64,000 nucleotides of DNA from an uncultured Planctomycetaceae bacterium (GCA_963833985.1 CAWIAD010000002.1:448001-512000), one strand, 5' to 3'. Positions 34,145 to 45,223 are shown, numbered from the stretch's first letter. The notes: a model not told the origin generated them from the sequence alone. Numbers and translations: made by a program.

Positions 34145-35461
34145 ATGTCGAATTCCCCGTCGTCAACTGCTCTGCCGGGTCCGCCTGAACGTGTCGCCTC
34201 CGTGGACGCGCTGCGGGGGCTGACAATCCTGCTCATGGTCTTCGTCAACGACCTGGGGCGGGCGGCTCCTGCCTGGATGCACCACATCCGGCCCCCCAAT
34301 GCCGACGGGATGACACTGGCCGATGTGGTCTTCCCGTGGTTCCTGTTCATCGTCGGCGTGTCGATCCCGCTGGCGTTCGAGCGCGCCCGGGCGGCCGGGG
34401 TCCCCGGCTGGAAGCAGCTTGCCCACGTCTTGTTGAGGACGGCGAGCCTGCTGATCATGGGGGTGATCGTGCTCAACAACGAGGAGGACAATTCCTCCCA
34501 CGCTCAGCTCTGGGGCACGCTCGCGTTCACCTGCTTGCTGCTGGCATGGTGCACCGTGCCGCGTGAGGCCGGCCGCCGCCGAACGGTGTGGATCGTCCTC
34601 AAGGGCGTGGGCGTGGTTGGCCTGCTGGCGCTCCTGGCCATGTTCCGGAGCGAGCCGGGACCGGCCGACTTCCCCATCGTCGGCCGGGTCGAGCAATGGG
34701 CCTGGCTCCGGACCGGCTGGTGGGGCATCCTCGGGCTGATCGGCTGGGCGTACCTGGCGGCTGCCCTCCTGACGCTTGCGCTCGGCCGGCGCAGGGAGTG
34801 GCTCATGGGGGCGATGGCCCTCTTGATGACGCTCCACCTGGCGATGAATCACGGCGGGCTCTTCTCCAGGGTCGAGAAGAAGGTCTGGCTGGGCCCGGTC
34901 CGGCCGGTCATCGATGCGTTCCAGGCCGGGGTGGACGGGATCGATCGCTACGTCGGCCTGGGCGACGCGACCGGCTCGCTGGCGGCCATCGTGATGGCCG
35001 GCTGCCTGCTGGGAAGCGTCCTCCGTGGCGACTCTGAAGTCGCGACCCATCGAGATCGGCTCCGCTGGGCGGCAGTGTACGCCCTCGGCCTGTTCGTGGC
35101 CGGGCTCTGCACCGACACCTTCGAGGGAATCAACAAGATCGGGGCGACTCCGGCCTGGTGCTTCTTCTCGGCCGCGCTGGCGTGCCTGACCTGGATGATC
35201 CTGTATCTCCTCATGGACGTGGCCGGCTGGCGGGGGTTCTCGCTGCTCATTCGCCCCGCTGGCGCCAACCCGCTGGTCGCTTACTTCCTGCACCCGATCA
35301 CGGTCGGGACGGTCGCGCTGGTGGGTCTGGGTGGGACCCTGCTTCGCTACCATGAATCTCCCGACCCAAAGGTCGCCGTTGCCGGCTCACTGGCAATGGC
35401 TTGCTTCGTTTGCGTGCTGACGGGGCTGCTCGGGAAGGTTGGATTCCGTGTGAAGCTGTGA
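34145..35461 (+). CDS. DUF5009 / HGSNAT-like membrane acyltransferase
   Basis: RVASVDALRGLTILLMVFVND, ADVVFPWFLFIVGVSIP, GANPL. Confidence 0.85.
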   Translation: MSNSPSSTALPGPPERVASVDALRGLTILLMVFVNDLGRAAPAWMHHIRPPNADGMTLADVVFPWFLFIVGVSIPLAFERARAAGVPGWKQLAHVLLRTASLLIMGVIVLNNEEDNSSHAQLWGTLAFTCLLLAWCTVPREAGRRRTVWIVLKGVGVVGLLALLAMFRSEPGPADFPIVGRVEQWAWLRTGWWGILGLIGWAYLAAALLTLALGRRREWLMGAMALLMTLHLAMNHGGLFSRVEKKVWLGPVRPVIDAFQAGVDGIDRYVGLGDATGSLAAIVMAGCLLGSVLRGDSEVATHRDRLRWAAVYALGLFVAGLCTDTFEGINKIGATPAWCFFSAALACLTWMILYLLMDVAGWRGFSLLIRPAGANPLVAYFLHPITVGTVALVGLGGTLLRYHESPDPKVAVAGSLAMACFVCVLTGLLGKVGFRVKL

Positions 35462-35622
35462 AACGATGCGGGTGTGCCGGTTTTTCCGACCCATGCGACG
35501 GCCGGGAAAAGCAGTGTGAAGAGACCCTCCGGTTCGCCATACTCATCCCTGCGGGCGCAACCCGCGATGGCAGCGCGACGCGCCACACAGATTCCGACCT
35601 TGCCCTTCCTGGAGCCGATCCG

Positions 35623-36402
35623 ATGGTCACGCCCGACGCCGACCCGACGCCCGAGGATGCCACCATCGGCGCACCAGCCGCCGGGGCTGGCGCACCGGCC
35701 GCAAGTCCGGGACGGCTCGTGAGCATGGCACTCGCCGCGGGGCTGCTTGGCGGGGTTGCGGCCTGGCTCGCGGGCGAAGCGATCCTCCATTCCTATCGGG
35801 ACGTTCTCAATCCTCAGGTCAAACGCGAGGTCGACGCGGAGGCCGTGCACCGTTTCGCCAGGGCGCAGCTCACGAGCGCCAGGGACACGTACACCGCGCT
35901 GGGTGCGATCGTCGGGTTCAGCCTGGGGCTCGCGGGAGGTCTGGCGCGGCGCTCCGCTTCCGCTGGAGCGAAGGCCGCGCTGGTGGGTGGCCTGCTCGGA
36001 GCGATCGCCGCGGCGTCGATCTCGCTGCTGGTCGTGCCCCATTTCTTCAAGACCCACGATCCACAATCGCAGGATCTGATGTTACCGATGCTGACGGTCG
36101 GCTCGATCTGTTCGGTCATCGGCGGGGCAGGTGGGCTGGCCTTCGGCGTCGGCGTCGGCGGGCGCGGTCGCTGGATGAAGTCTCTGCTGGGAGGTCTGGT
36201 CGGAGCGGCGCTGGCCACGGTTGCCTACGAGCTCATCGGGGCCGTCGCCTTCGCGACCGACAAGGCGGACCTACCCATCTCCGAGGCCGTTGCGACACGC
36301 GCCATGCTGTGTCTGCTGGTCGCACTCTTTGCGGCCGCCGGCTCGGCCCTGGGCCTGGGCCTTACATTCCGCAAGCCGAACGCCAGTCCGCCCACGTCGT
36401 GA
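35623..36402 (+). CDS. Hypothetical multi-pass membrane protein
   Basis: GGAG RBS; several Gly/Ala-rich hydrophobic helices. Confidence 0.65.
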   Translation: MVTPDADPTPEDATIGAPAAGAGAPAASPGRLVSMALAAGLLGGVAAWLAGEAILHSYRDVLNPQVKREVDAEAVHRFARAQLTSARDTYTALGAIVGFSLGLAGGLARRSASAGAKAALVGGLLGAIAAASISLLVVPHFFKTHDPQSQDLMLPMLTVGSICSVIGGAGGLAFGVGVGGRGRWMKSLLGGLVGAALATVAYELIGAVAFATDKADLPISEAVATRAMLCLLVALFAAAGSALGLGLTFRKPNASPPTS

Positions 36403-36482
36403 GACCGGGAAACGACGCGGCCAGCCACGTCCGAAGATGGCGACGCGGCCGGCCGGCGGATCAGTGAGCGAGCAGTGACCGA

Positions 36483-37586
36483 TCAATAGCTATCGGAGCT
36501 GATCACCTCGGAACCGGCCCGGGTGCCGAGCGACTCGTAGACGAGCATGCTGATCGAGTCCTTGATGAACTTCACGCTTCCATCGGCAAAGGCGAAGTTC
36601 GCACCGCCCGGATGATTGCTGCTGGCGTTCACGAAGTTGGATCCTTCCGGGGCACAGCCGAGGCATCCGCCCAGGCGACAGCTGTGCCAGGGATAGTTCT
36701 TGGAGTTGGGCGGCACGACCGTGTTGAACAGGGTCCAGCCGCGCTCGCCCTGGGCCCAGACTTGCCCGGTATACTGCTTCAGCCCTGTCGTGTCTCCGCT
36801 GAGCGTGCCGCTGGTGAAGAACGTGTTGCAGGACTGGAGTGCCAGCGTGACCGCGCCGGGGTTCGTCTTCGCGTCATACAGCGTTTCGACAATGGCATTA
36901 TCAGGGGGCCCCGCCATCCCGTTGCCCCGATAGGTGATCTTGCTGTAGTCGCCGACGAGCCCTTCGCCGAAGGCGATGGTGTTCGAGCTGCCGTCGGTGA
37001 CCGCAGCCAGAGTGACCGAAGCTCCCGAATTGGTATTCGGGTTGTAGAGCTTGAAGATCCCGGTGGCCTCGCCATCGTTGGGATACTGGATGGTGGTTGT
37101 CCCGATGCTGCCCGCATAGCTATTGATGTTCGCCGTGTACGTCACGACATTGCCAATGCCCGCCAGGCCATCCGAGGGGCAGAGGAACGAATTGATCTTG
37201 GTCGAGTAAACCGTGGAGTTGATCGCGTCGTACATGCCATCCCAGCAGCAGGCCCAGTTGAAGTTCGCCGCGTTGTACAGCGAGGTCTGCTCGATGTAAG
37301 GAAGCAGCATGGCCTGGGCGCTCCAGGACGTCCAGGAGCTGAGGTTGTTCGGGAACGCCGTTCCCGGGTAGCCGTTCGTCGAGTCGCAGCCTGGCGGGAA
37401 CGCCCCCGCCGCCGAGTGGTAATTGTGCATGGAGAGGGCCAGTTGCTTCAGGTTGTTGACGCACTGGGCCCGACGGGCCGCCTCGCGGGCGGACTGCACG
37501 GCCGGCAGGAGAAGTGAAATAAGAACAGCGATGATCGAGATGACTACCAGCAACTCGATCAGTGTGAATCCCTGACGCTTCCGCAT
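36483..37586 (-). CDS. DUF1559 domain protein
   Basis: [51 protein letters not shown]. Confidence 0.93.
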   Translation of the reverse strand: MRKRQGFTLIELLVVISIIAVLISLLLPAVQSAREAARRAQCVNNLKQLALSMHNYHSAAGAFPPGCDSTNGYPGTAFPNNLSSWTSWSAQAMLLPYIEQTSLYNAANFNWACCWDGMYDAINSTVYSTKINSFLCPSDGLAGIGNVVTYTANINSYAGSIGTTTIQYPNDGEATGIFKLYNPNTNSGASVTLAAVTDGSSNTIAFGEGLVGDYSKITYRGNGMAGPPDNAIVETLYDAKTNPGAVTLALQSCNTFFTSGTLSGDTTGLKQYTGQVWAQGERGWTLFNTVVPPNSKNYPWHSCRLGGCLGCAPEGSNFVNASSNHPGGANFAFADGSVKFIKDSISMLVYESLGTRAGSEVISSDSY

Positions 37587-37741
37587 GGTCTGAAGTCCCT
37601 TCGGAAATGGAAGCAAGACACGTGAGAGGGGGAACACCGGATCGACGCCCGATTCTGAAATCGGCTCGAGGGACCGGCGATCGAAAAATCAGCGGGCGAA
37701 AGGTTCGTCTGGCTTACGGGGAGAGTCGTATCCGCGAGCAT

Positions 37742-37942
37742 CTATCGCTTTGCGGCGCCCTGTTTCTTATTCAGCGCCCTCTGCTTGTAAAGTTCGGCTC
37801 TGGCCTTGGTCTCGGCTTTCGTCGCATCCCCGATCTGGACATGAGTGTCGTCTTGAGAACCGCCGCAACCCACGAGTACCAGAGGCGAGAACAGCGCAAG
37901 ATACAACAAGTGACGGCGTTCTTGGAAGCGGGGCTTGGTCAA
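37742..37942 (-). CDS. Small lipoprotein upstream of DUF1559 gene
   Basis: Lipobox LVGC after a hydrophobic stretch; TTG start estimated. Confidence 0.55.
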   Translation of the reverse strand: MTKPRFQERRHLLYLALFSPLVLVGCGGSQDDTHVQIGDATKAETKARAELYKQRALNKKQGAAKR

Positions 37943-38384
37943 TTCGGGTCTCCCGACAAGTGACGAGGACAAGCCATCGGACGCCCGGGATGGCGCCGTG
38001 ATCAACAGCAAATCGGTGACGAACAAGGCTACTCGGTGTCGCTATTCAACGCTACGAAATTCTTCATTGTCCAGGGCCACGTCGCACTTCGTCATCATCC
38101 GGCACCACCGGACGTTCTGCCCGGTTCCGGATCGAATGCCCCGGGAACGATCCCAGAACATGTGCCGCGACGGCCCCCTCCTGGAGTGGGTCAACGTCAC
38201 GCAAGTCGTATATTTACAAAGGCTTACATGCAGCGCTTCGCCTCGACCAGCACCATATTCGGATCAGTTCTTGCTCGCCGGGAGTTGACGATCACCGCAC
38301 ATTGAGTTACAAATTTTGTCATCTGTCACTCACCCGGCTGCCCTCCGGCTGACGGGTCCACACCGTGTATGGGGAGGAGTTCCG

Positions 38385-39365
38385 ATGGAAATGCGACGCC
38401 TGGGAGTCGGCGGCCCGATGGTCTCGGCGGTGGGGCTGGGCTGCATGGGGATGTCGGACTTCTACGGACCGGCCGACGAGAAGGAGAGCGTCGCGACCAT
38501 TCACGAGGCCGTCGAACGCGGCGTGACGCTGCTCAACACGGGCGACTTCTACGGGATGGGGCACAATGAATTGCTGATTGCGCGGGCCATCGAGGGGCGG
38601 AGGGATCGTGTCTTCCTGTCGGTAAAGTTCGGGGCCCTGCGGACGCCGAGCATGGCGTTCATCGGATTCGACGGCCGGCCCGCGGCCGTCAAGAACTTCC
38701 TGACCTACACACTAAGGCGTCTCAGCACGGACTACGTGGACCTGTACCAGCCGGCCCGGGTCGATCCATCGGTCCCGATCGAGGATACGGTCGGCGCGGT
38801 GGCCGAGATGGTTCAGGCGGGATACGTCCGGCACCTCGGCCTGAGCGAGGCGGCGCCCGCCACGGTCCGCCGGGCGCAGGCCGTACACCCGATCGCGGCG
38901 CTGGAGACCGAGTATGCCGTCCTGACGCGCGAGATCGAGGCCGAGACCCTGCCGACTCTCCGGGAGCTGGGAATCGCGACGGTGGCCTATGGCGTCCTGT
39001 CGCGCGGCCTGATCGGCGGCGCGGCGCGGGGGCTGGGGGCCGCGGGCGATTACCGGACCATGCTCCCCCGCTTCCAGGCGGAAAATTTCGCCGCGAACAC
39101 GAAGCTGGTTGACGCACTGGAAGCAATGGCCCGGGAGAAAGGAGCAACCGCGGCTCAACTCGCCATCGCCTGGGTCCTCGCGCAGGGTCAGGATATCATT
39201 CCGCTCATCGGGGCCAGGACCAGGACCCGGCTGGCCGAGGCGCTCCCCGCGCTCGACCTGAAGTTGACCGCCGAGGACCTGGCACGGATCGACGCGGCCT
39301 TCCCCGTTGGCGCGGTGGCCGGCGATCGGTACGACAGGCATGGCATGGCGATGGTCAACCGCTGA
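38385..39365 (+). CDS. Aldo/keto reductase
   Basis: GLGCMGMS, DYVDLYQ, GLSEA, AQLAIAWVL; GGAGGAG RBS. Confidence 0.95.
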   Translation: MEMRRLGVGGPMVSAVGLGCMGMSDFYGPADEKESVATIHEAVERGVTLLNTGDFYGMGHNELLIARAIEGRRDRVFLSVKFGALRTPSMAFIGFDGRPAAVKNFLTYTLRRLSTDYVDLYQPARVDPSVPIEDTVGAVAEMVQAGYVRHLGLSEAAPATVRRAQAVHPIAALETEYAVLTREIEAETLPTLRELGIATVAYGVLSRGLIGGAARGLGAAGDYRTMLPRFQAENFAANTKLVDALEAMAREKGATAAQLAIAWVLAQGQDIIPLIGARTRTRLAEALPALDLKLTAEDLARIDAAFPVGAVAGDRYDRHGMAMVNR

Positions 39366-39408
39366 CCGCGATCTGCGCCATGATTTCTCCGTCCCGCCCG
39401 GCATTCGC

Positions 39409-40020
39409 ATGGCACGTGACCGCTCCCGCGACACCACCGACGCCCAGCGCCAGCGCATCATGGATGCCGCCGAGGTGGTGATCCGCCGCCATGGGCCGGC
39501 CAAGACGAACGTCGTCGACGTCGCCCGCGAGCTGGGTCAGAGCCACGCCAGCGTGTATCGCTACTTCGCCAGCAAGGCCGACCTGCTCGACGCCCTGGTC
39601 GAGCGCTGGCTGATGCGCGTGTCCGAACCCCTGGAACGGATCGCGCGGGGCGAGGGGCCGGCGGGGGACCGGCTCCAGGCGTGGCTGATGGCGCTCTTCC
39701 GGGCCAAGGTCCGCAAGGTCACTGCCGATCCGGAGCTGTTCGCCACCTACCAGGCAATGGCCGCCGAGTCGCCCAGGGCCGTCGCGCACCATCTCGCCAT
39801 GCTGGACGAGCACGTCACGGCGATGGTCGCCGCGGGCATCGCGGCAGGCGAGTTTCCCCCCGACACGGACCCCCGGCGAGCCGCCCGCGCCCTCCTCAGC
39901 GGCTCGCTCCGTTTTCACCACCCCGCGCTCCTTGCCCAGGCCCCCGGACCGCCCAGCGAGCAGGAAGCCGAGGACGTTTTCGCTCTCCTCGTCAAGGGAC
40001 TGAGATCGGAAGCGGGGTGA
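39409..40020 (+). CDS. TetR family regulator
   Basis: VVDVARELGQSHASVYRYFASK HTH. Confidence 0.92.
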   Translation: MARDRSRDTTDAQRQRIMDAAEVVIRRHGPAKTNVVDVARELGQSHASVYRYFASKADLLDALVERWLMRVSEPLERIARGEGPAGDRLQAWLMALFRAKVRKVTADPELFATYQAMAAESPRAVAHHLAMLDEHVTAMVAAGIAAGEFPPDTDPRRAARALLSGSLRFHHPALLAQAPGPPSEQEAEDVFALLVKGLRSEAG

Positions 40021-40089
40021 GGGCAGCCACCGAGGCCTTTCAGGCTATCAGCGCGGGCAAATGGCGGGCAAATGGGTCCAACCACTTTC

Positions 40090-41353
40090 CAGGGCCAATC
40101 ACAGTTAGGAGATGCCCAACTTGGTGAAGAGTTCGCCGACTCGGGCAGCGTTTCTCCTCATGGCCTCCGCGATATTGTTCGCTTGCCACGAGCGCAGCAA
40201 ACCGATGGCCAGGTTTCGGAACGCTGCCATGACCTCTGGCCCAGAGTTCTTGCGGATGCGGCTGGCATCCTCTCCCAGGGTCACGTCGCGTACGTAGTGA
40301 GACTTGTTTTCGATCGTCCAATGGCCTCGTGACCATTGAAGAAGCCGCTCAGCGCCGGCGACTGCACGCGGCACGCTCGTGATGAAATAGCGAGTCTCCG
40401 TCGTGCACTTGCCGTCGCGTTTGACAACCGACTCGATCCGACCCACCTGGCTGACACCCGGCCAGTCGAGGTAAGTATTCAGCGCGGTCGTGGCCGTCAG
40501 CGTGCGGCGCTCATGGCGGCCGTGCCCTTTGTCGATCGTCGTCGCCGTGTCCATCGCCTCAAGCCAGAGCCGGCGCTGCCGAGGGGGAAAAAGACCCGTC
40601 AGCCTGCGGGGCCATCGCCGCTTGGATGTCGGCCAGGAGCGTCGGCTGATTGTCTTTGACAACCCAGAGATAATGGCCACCGCTGTCTATGATTTGTCGA
40701 CTCAGGTCGCGCTGGCAGAACATGGCATCACCGGTGATCACGCGACCCTCCAGGACCAAGTCCAAGAGCAATTTGAGGGCGGCCTTATGCTCATTGGTCT
40801 TATCGACCCCGCCGCGCGGTACCTCGGCTTGGGCGACCGTCAGCCCTGACTCGTGCGCCACCAGCGAGAGTAGATGGACCGCCTTGCTCAGCCCATCGAA
40901 GCTGCCGCGTGCCGACTTGCCATCAAGGGCAAAAGCTTCAGGGGAACCCGTCTCGGCCGCCGGTAGTCGGCCCATCATGGCGTCGGCCCACCGAGTTAAG
41001 GCGGCCTCCAGCGCGGCTGGATCCAAGCTCATGAGCACCTTGCGGATCCCGCCGGACTTGGGAGGGCGCCGCGTGAAGCCAAGCCGGTGCATCAGCGCGA
41101 TGTCATGGTCCTGGGCCCATTGGGCGATCGCCGCATAGCTGCGGGCTCCGCACATGATGGCGCAACAGGTCAACGCCAGGATCGCTCTAAGCGGATGCTG
41201 GCGGCCATGACGGCTGCGAGGGTCCGGAATCTCGCCGAGGAAATGAAGCAAGCCTAGGAGTGGGGACGCGTCCATGCCATGGCCCTCGTTGGTGTCATCC
41301 TGAGCAACGAAGACTTAACTATCTACTCCAGGCTAAATCTGTCAATAGCCCTG
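40090..41353 (-). mobile_element. ISAs1 family insertion sequence
   Basis: Ends CAGGGCCAATCACAG / CTGTCAATAGCCCTG; 10-bp duplication AACCACTTTC (40080-40089, 41354-41363). Confidence 0.92.
40105..41275 (-). CDS. ISAs1 transposase in two frames joined at TTTTTCCCCC (~40585)
   Basis: IPDPR, ALDGKSARGS, DAMFCQ, VKDNQ; then KGHGRHERR, RGHWTIEN..HYVRDV. Confidence 0.9.
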
Positions 41354-41681
41354 AACCACTTTCTGGATCACGGTCGGCTCAATCGTCGCATTCAGCCTCT
41401 TATCCGTAGGGTTATGGCCGAAACGGGCGACTCGACGCAAGGGCGGAATGGATGGCAGAAGGGCCACCCATTGGCGGATAGCTCAGACTGTGGGTGGTCC
41501 GGTTTTATTTTTCTACAAACCTGGACTGGGCCGGTTCTCGGTGCGATTCGCGGTTGGAATCGTCGATGCGAATCCCGAGGATTCTGATACGCGTCCTGGT
41601 GAGCGCTGCTTTTGCTGGCCTGCTCGCGGCTGAGCCGTCCGCCTGCGGTAGGGCACCAGGGTGAGCGATCGCCGTTCCTCT

Positions 41682-42012
41682 TTATTCAAAAATCGGCGTC
41701 AGCTTTGCCAGTGCCTCATCGACGATCGCGTCCGGAGCCTGTTCCAGCTTCTTGCCCCCGCGCGCTCAGATCGAGCGCGCGGGGTTGGTCGCAGCGTATG
41801 ATGCCAATCGTTTTCGTCCCCGCGCCCTCCAGCTTCACCGCAAAACCTGCCGTCCGCGCGAAATTACCGCCGCTGGTGATCGGCAGCACAACGGGCACCT
41901 TCGTCACGCGGTTGAACGCCTCTGGCGACACGATCAGCACCGGTCGCCGCCCTCGCTGCTCGTGTCCCTGCGTGGGATCAAGCTCGACCAGCCAGATTTC
42001 GCCCCGCTTCAT
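41682..42012 (-). CDS. pemK: PemK/MazF toxin, apparent frameshift near 41760
   Basis: RGEIWLVELDPTQGHEQRGRRPVL...TSGGNFARTAGFAV...CDQPR; shifted frame gives KKLEQAPDAIVDEALAKL. Confidence 0.88.
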
Positions 42013-42269
42013 CAAATCAGCTCACTGCCGACAGGTCCGGTGTCGAGCCATTCGCGGTCTTCCTTGCCGCGCGGCGCCTTCGCGTTGCATTGGGCCAGGA
42101 GCTCGTCGAGCGTATAGTGCGGCCGCTCCTGAGGTTCGACGACCAGCCGCCCCCCTTGCACCGCCAGGCCTACCTTCGCTCCCGCCCGCAAGTGCAAGAT
42201 GTCGAGCAGTGCGGGCGGCACGGCCAGCATGATCGAGCCCCCGACCTTACGCAGATTTGTTATGTGCAT
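42012..42269 (-). CDS. pemI: PemI/MazE antitoxin
   Basis: MHITNLRKVGGSIMLAVPPALL...YTLDELLAQC...REWLD. Confidence 0.9.
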   Translation of the reverse strand: MHITNLRKVGGSIMLAVPPALLDILHLRAGAKVGLAVQGGRLVVEPQERPHYTLDELLAQCNAKAPRGKEDREWLDTGPVGSELI

Positions 42270-42284
42270 GACCCACTCCTGAAA

Positions 42285-42302
42285 GTTATACTCCAATATA
42301 AC
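42285..42302. promoter_or_regulatory. Putative PemIK operator
   Basis: Palindrome GTTATA-ctccaa-TATAAC just upstream of pemI. Confidence 0.65.
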
Positions 42303-42489
42303 CTTTCTCGGAGAGGATTCCAACCCCCCCTCGCTGGTCTGCCCATGGACAGGACCGCATCCGACAGCGAAATGGTCTTGATGACGATTCCATCGTCGCA
42401 GCACCCCAACGGGCGAGAGGAAGGAGCCGAGTGCGGACTGCCCTACGCCCCGCACTGGCCTCAACCGGCTGGCGGCGCCCTTGCTGGCC

Positions 42490-42562
42490 GGCAAACGGCG
42501 GATGGCAGAAGGGCCACCCATTGACTGATATCTCGGACCGTGGGTGGCCCCGTCTTATTTCC
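42490..42562 (+). repeat. Repeat A copy 2 (short form)
   Basis: GATGGCAGAAGGGCCACCCA-ttgactgatatctcggaccg-TGGGTGGCCCC. Confidence 0.9.
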
Positions 42563-42663
42563 GTGCACCAGGCATTAGGTTAGACTGATTGCTTGGGCGT
42601 CTTGGACAGATGTCCGCCTGCCTCATTCTCGTTCGGCCCGCGTTCTTACGGGAGGCTACTCAT

Positions 42664-43798
42664 ATGTGCTCACTTCGGCACCTCGTGATGCTGGCCGCTG
42701 TGGTTACTTGCGGGATTGGCACCATTTTCTCCGTCGATCGGATTTACCGACCGATCGCGCGAATCGACCCGTCACCGGAGCCGACGCAGTTCGCCGGTTC
42801 GCCCCGAGAGTCGATTGTCCCCGTGGAGGCGCTCGTCGACGTTCGCAAAGCCGAGCAGAGCCGGCGAGCAGTACGGCCCGCCGGCGATCCAAAGCGGGAG
42901 GACGGCCTGAACTACGAGAGAGTGTTGAAGGGAGAGGAGGGCGGCACGTTGCTGCCCAAACCCGCCGAGCCCATGCCGCCGACCTACTGCCGTTCAATCG
43001 AAACGCGCCCCGAAACACACCAACGAGACGGCGGGACTGTACGGTGTCCACCGCAGCACTGTCCACTTATTCGAGAACAAGTCAGGTTTCGGGTTCACAC
43101 GAATGTTTTGGTTCACGAATGACCGCGGCGGTGAGGTCGCATCACGAGACATTGACCGTGTCGAACTGGTCAGCCTGCTGACCGACGACGAGCCTTCGGT
43201 GTACGTGCTCGACGAGATGGCGACGCCGGCGCTCGCCCGGCAAGCGAAACGCCGGCCGCTCGACGAGTTCGAGCGCCGCGGCCTCGACGCCGTGCGCCGC
43301 GGCGAGGAACTGGTGTGGACCCGGGAGGCTCCGACGCGGATGTTCGGCGCGATCTGCGCGAAGGCGCCTTGTCTACACTGTCACGCGAACGCCAAGGAGG
43401 GCGACCTGCTTGGCGCGTTCACGTACTATCTGAAGGTCCCAGTCGATCGGCTGAACATTCGCGAATTAGGCGGCGAACGTCTCCTCGAGCCCGACCCGGA
43501 AACGAAGCTCATCCGGGACCGGCTCGAAGACAAGCTCGACCTGAGATTCGAAAAGACATCATTGGAAGATGTGCTCGAGCTCATCAAATCCGCGACTCGC
43601 AGGGGCCCGAACAATCCCGGCATCCCGATCTATGTGGACCCCATGGGCCTCCTGGAGGCCGAGAAGACACTCGCGACGCCGGTCTCGTTTACCGCGAAGG
43701 GGGAGCCGTTGAAATCGTCGCTGGAGCGGCTGTTGAAATCGATGAGCCTGACCTATGCGGTCAAGGATGGGTTCCTGATGGTCACATCGCGAGACTGA
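42664..43798 (+). CDS. Exported protein with CxxCH heme motif and C-terminal STN-like domain; apparent frameshift ~43000
   Basis: N-terminal hydrophobic segment; GFGFTRM, CLHCH..GDLLGAFTY, F..TSLEDVLE.I....GIPIYVDP. Confidence 0.6.
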
Positions 43799-43824
43799 AC
43801 CGGGACCGTCACTGGGATGCCATG

Positions 43825-44079
43825 GGCGGCAAATGGGACAGGCGGCAAATCGGAAAATGGCGGCAAATGGGCCACTCGCATGGCGGCAAATGGGGCCACC
43901 CGCATTCTGGCTCACGGTCGGCTCAACCGTCGCATTCAGCGACATATTGGCAGCGCCACCGCCGAAATTGGCGACTCGACGCAAAGCCGAATGGATGGTA
44001 GAAGGGCCACCCATTGGATGGCAGAAGGGCCACCCATTGGCTGATATCTCAGACTGTGGGTGGCCCCATTTTCTTTTCC
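43825..44079 (+). repeat. Repeat A copy 3 (long form, stuttered)
   Basis: Four GGCGGCAAAT starts, duplicated GATGG.AGAAGGGCCACCCATTGG, end GTGGGTGGCCCC. Confidence 0.92.
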
Positions 44080-44101
44080 TTACTGAGCTGAGCGGCGTCT
44101 G

Positions 44102-44740
44102 TCAGGCGCCGTGCATCGAGGCCAGGCCAGGCCTCTCCGCAACCTTTCCCCTGCGGCCGAGGACGACACGGGCGGCGAGGAGTGCACCTCCGAGTCCCAG
44201 GCCCAGCAGGATCCCGCTGGGGGGTTCGGGGACGGTGGAGAAATAGACGCCCGTCGCGGAGGTCTGGGTCATCATGATGACCCCGCCGCTGGTGGTGATC
44301 GGCCCCGTGTCGAAGGCCGAGACCGTGGCGACCGTCGGCGGTGTCACATCGGGCAGAAGATAGGTCGAGAAGGCAGGCGCCGTGAGGTCGATCAGGTCGG
44401 TCTGCGTCGTGACGTCGCGGAGACCGATCGTCGAGAGCGAGGGCGTCTGGAACAGGACGAGAGTGTCCGTGATCGAGGCGTTCAGCACGCCAGCAATCGA
44501 CAGGTTGGGGTCCGTGATCTTCATCGAGTAGACCTTGGCCCCGAATTCCTCCGTGATCGTGGGAGTCTGGGTCGGATCATAATTGAACGTGAGCTCAGTC
44601 AAGGCATTCTCAAACGTTCCCGGATCCAGCTTCGTGCCCCAGGAGTAATAACTGAACCCGGCGTGTATGCCGGCCAGGCAAGGTGCGGACCACACCAGCC
44701 AGATCAGCATCGACGAGATGAGCATTCGCTTCATCTTCAA
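44102..44740 (-). CDS. PEP-CTERM-type exported protein
   Basis: Signal peptide; C-terminal VPEP + TM + Arg cluster. Confidence 0.8.
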   Translation of the reverse strand: MKMKRMLISSMLIWLVWSAPCLAGIHAGFSYYSWGTKLDPGTFENALTELTFNYDPTQTPTITEEFGAKVYSMKITDPNLSIAGVLNASITDTLVLFQTPSLSTIGLRDVTTQTDLIDLTAPAFSTYLLPDVTPPTVATVSAFDTGPITTSGGVIMMTQTSATGVYFSTVPEPPSGILLGLGLGGALLAARVVLGRRGKVAERPGLASMHGA

Positions 44741-45034
44741 TATATCCTTTCATGACTGATGGTCAGCGCTTTACCTGATGGTAACATTTCAGGTCGATGT
44801 CTAGCGCTTGAATGCGAATGGGGATGGTAAGCGACCGACCGAGCGAGGTCAACGAAAAAATCGGAAAAGTCCGATAATTCGCGGATCTCTGCCAGAAGGG
44901 CGTCGGGGAGACTTGAAAACTCAACCAGAACTTCCTGCTTTCAAATTCGTCGCGACGTCGCCGAGGGGGCATCGCACCGGAGCAAGAGGCAGGTCCAGAA
45001 GGGGGTGCCGGGGCGAAAGACTCCTGCCAGGGAA

Positions 45035-45223
45035 GGCAAATGGGCAAATGGTGGGCAAATGGGGCTACCCACCTTCTGGCTCACGGTCGGCTCGATCGTT
45101 GCATTCAGCGACTTATCGGCAGTATCATCGCCGAAACTGGCGACATGACGCAAAGCGGAACGGATGGCAGAAAGGCCGCCCATTGGCTGATAGCTTGGAC
45201 TGTGGGTGGCCCCGTTTTGTTTC
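45035..45223 (+). repeat. Repeat A copy 4
   Basis: GGCAAATGG x3, GGGGCTACCCAC...GTGGGTGGCCCCGTTTTGTTT. Confidence 0.92.

Larger units (their letters stand above)
40056..41513 (+). repeat. Repeat A copy 1 (long form), split by ISAs1 at 40090-41353
   Basis: GGCAAATGGGTCCAACCACTTTC | TGGATCACGGTCGGCTC...GTGGGTGGTCCGGTTTT aligns with other copies once the IS is removed. Confidence 0.85.
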
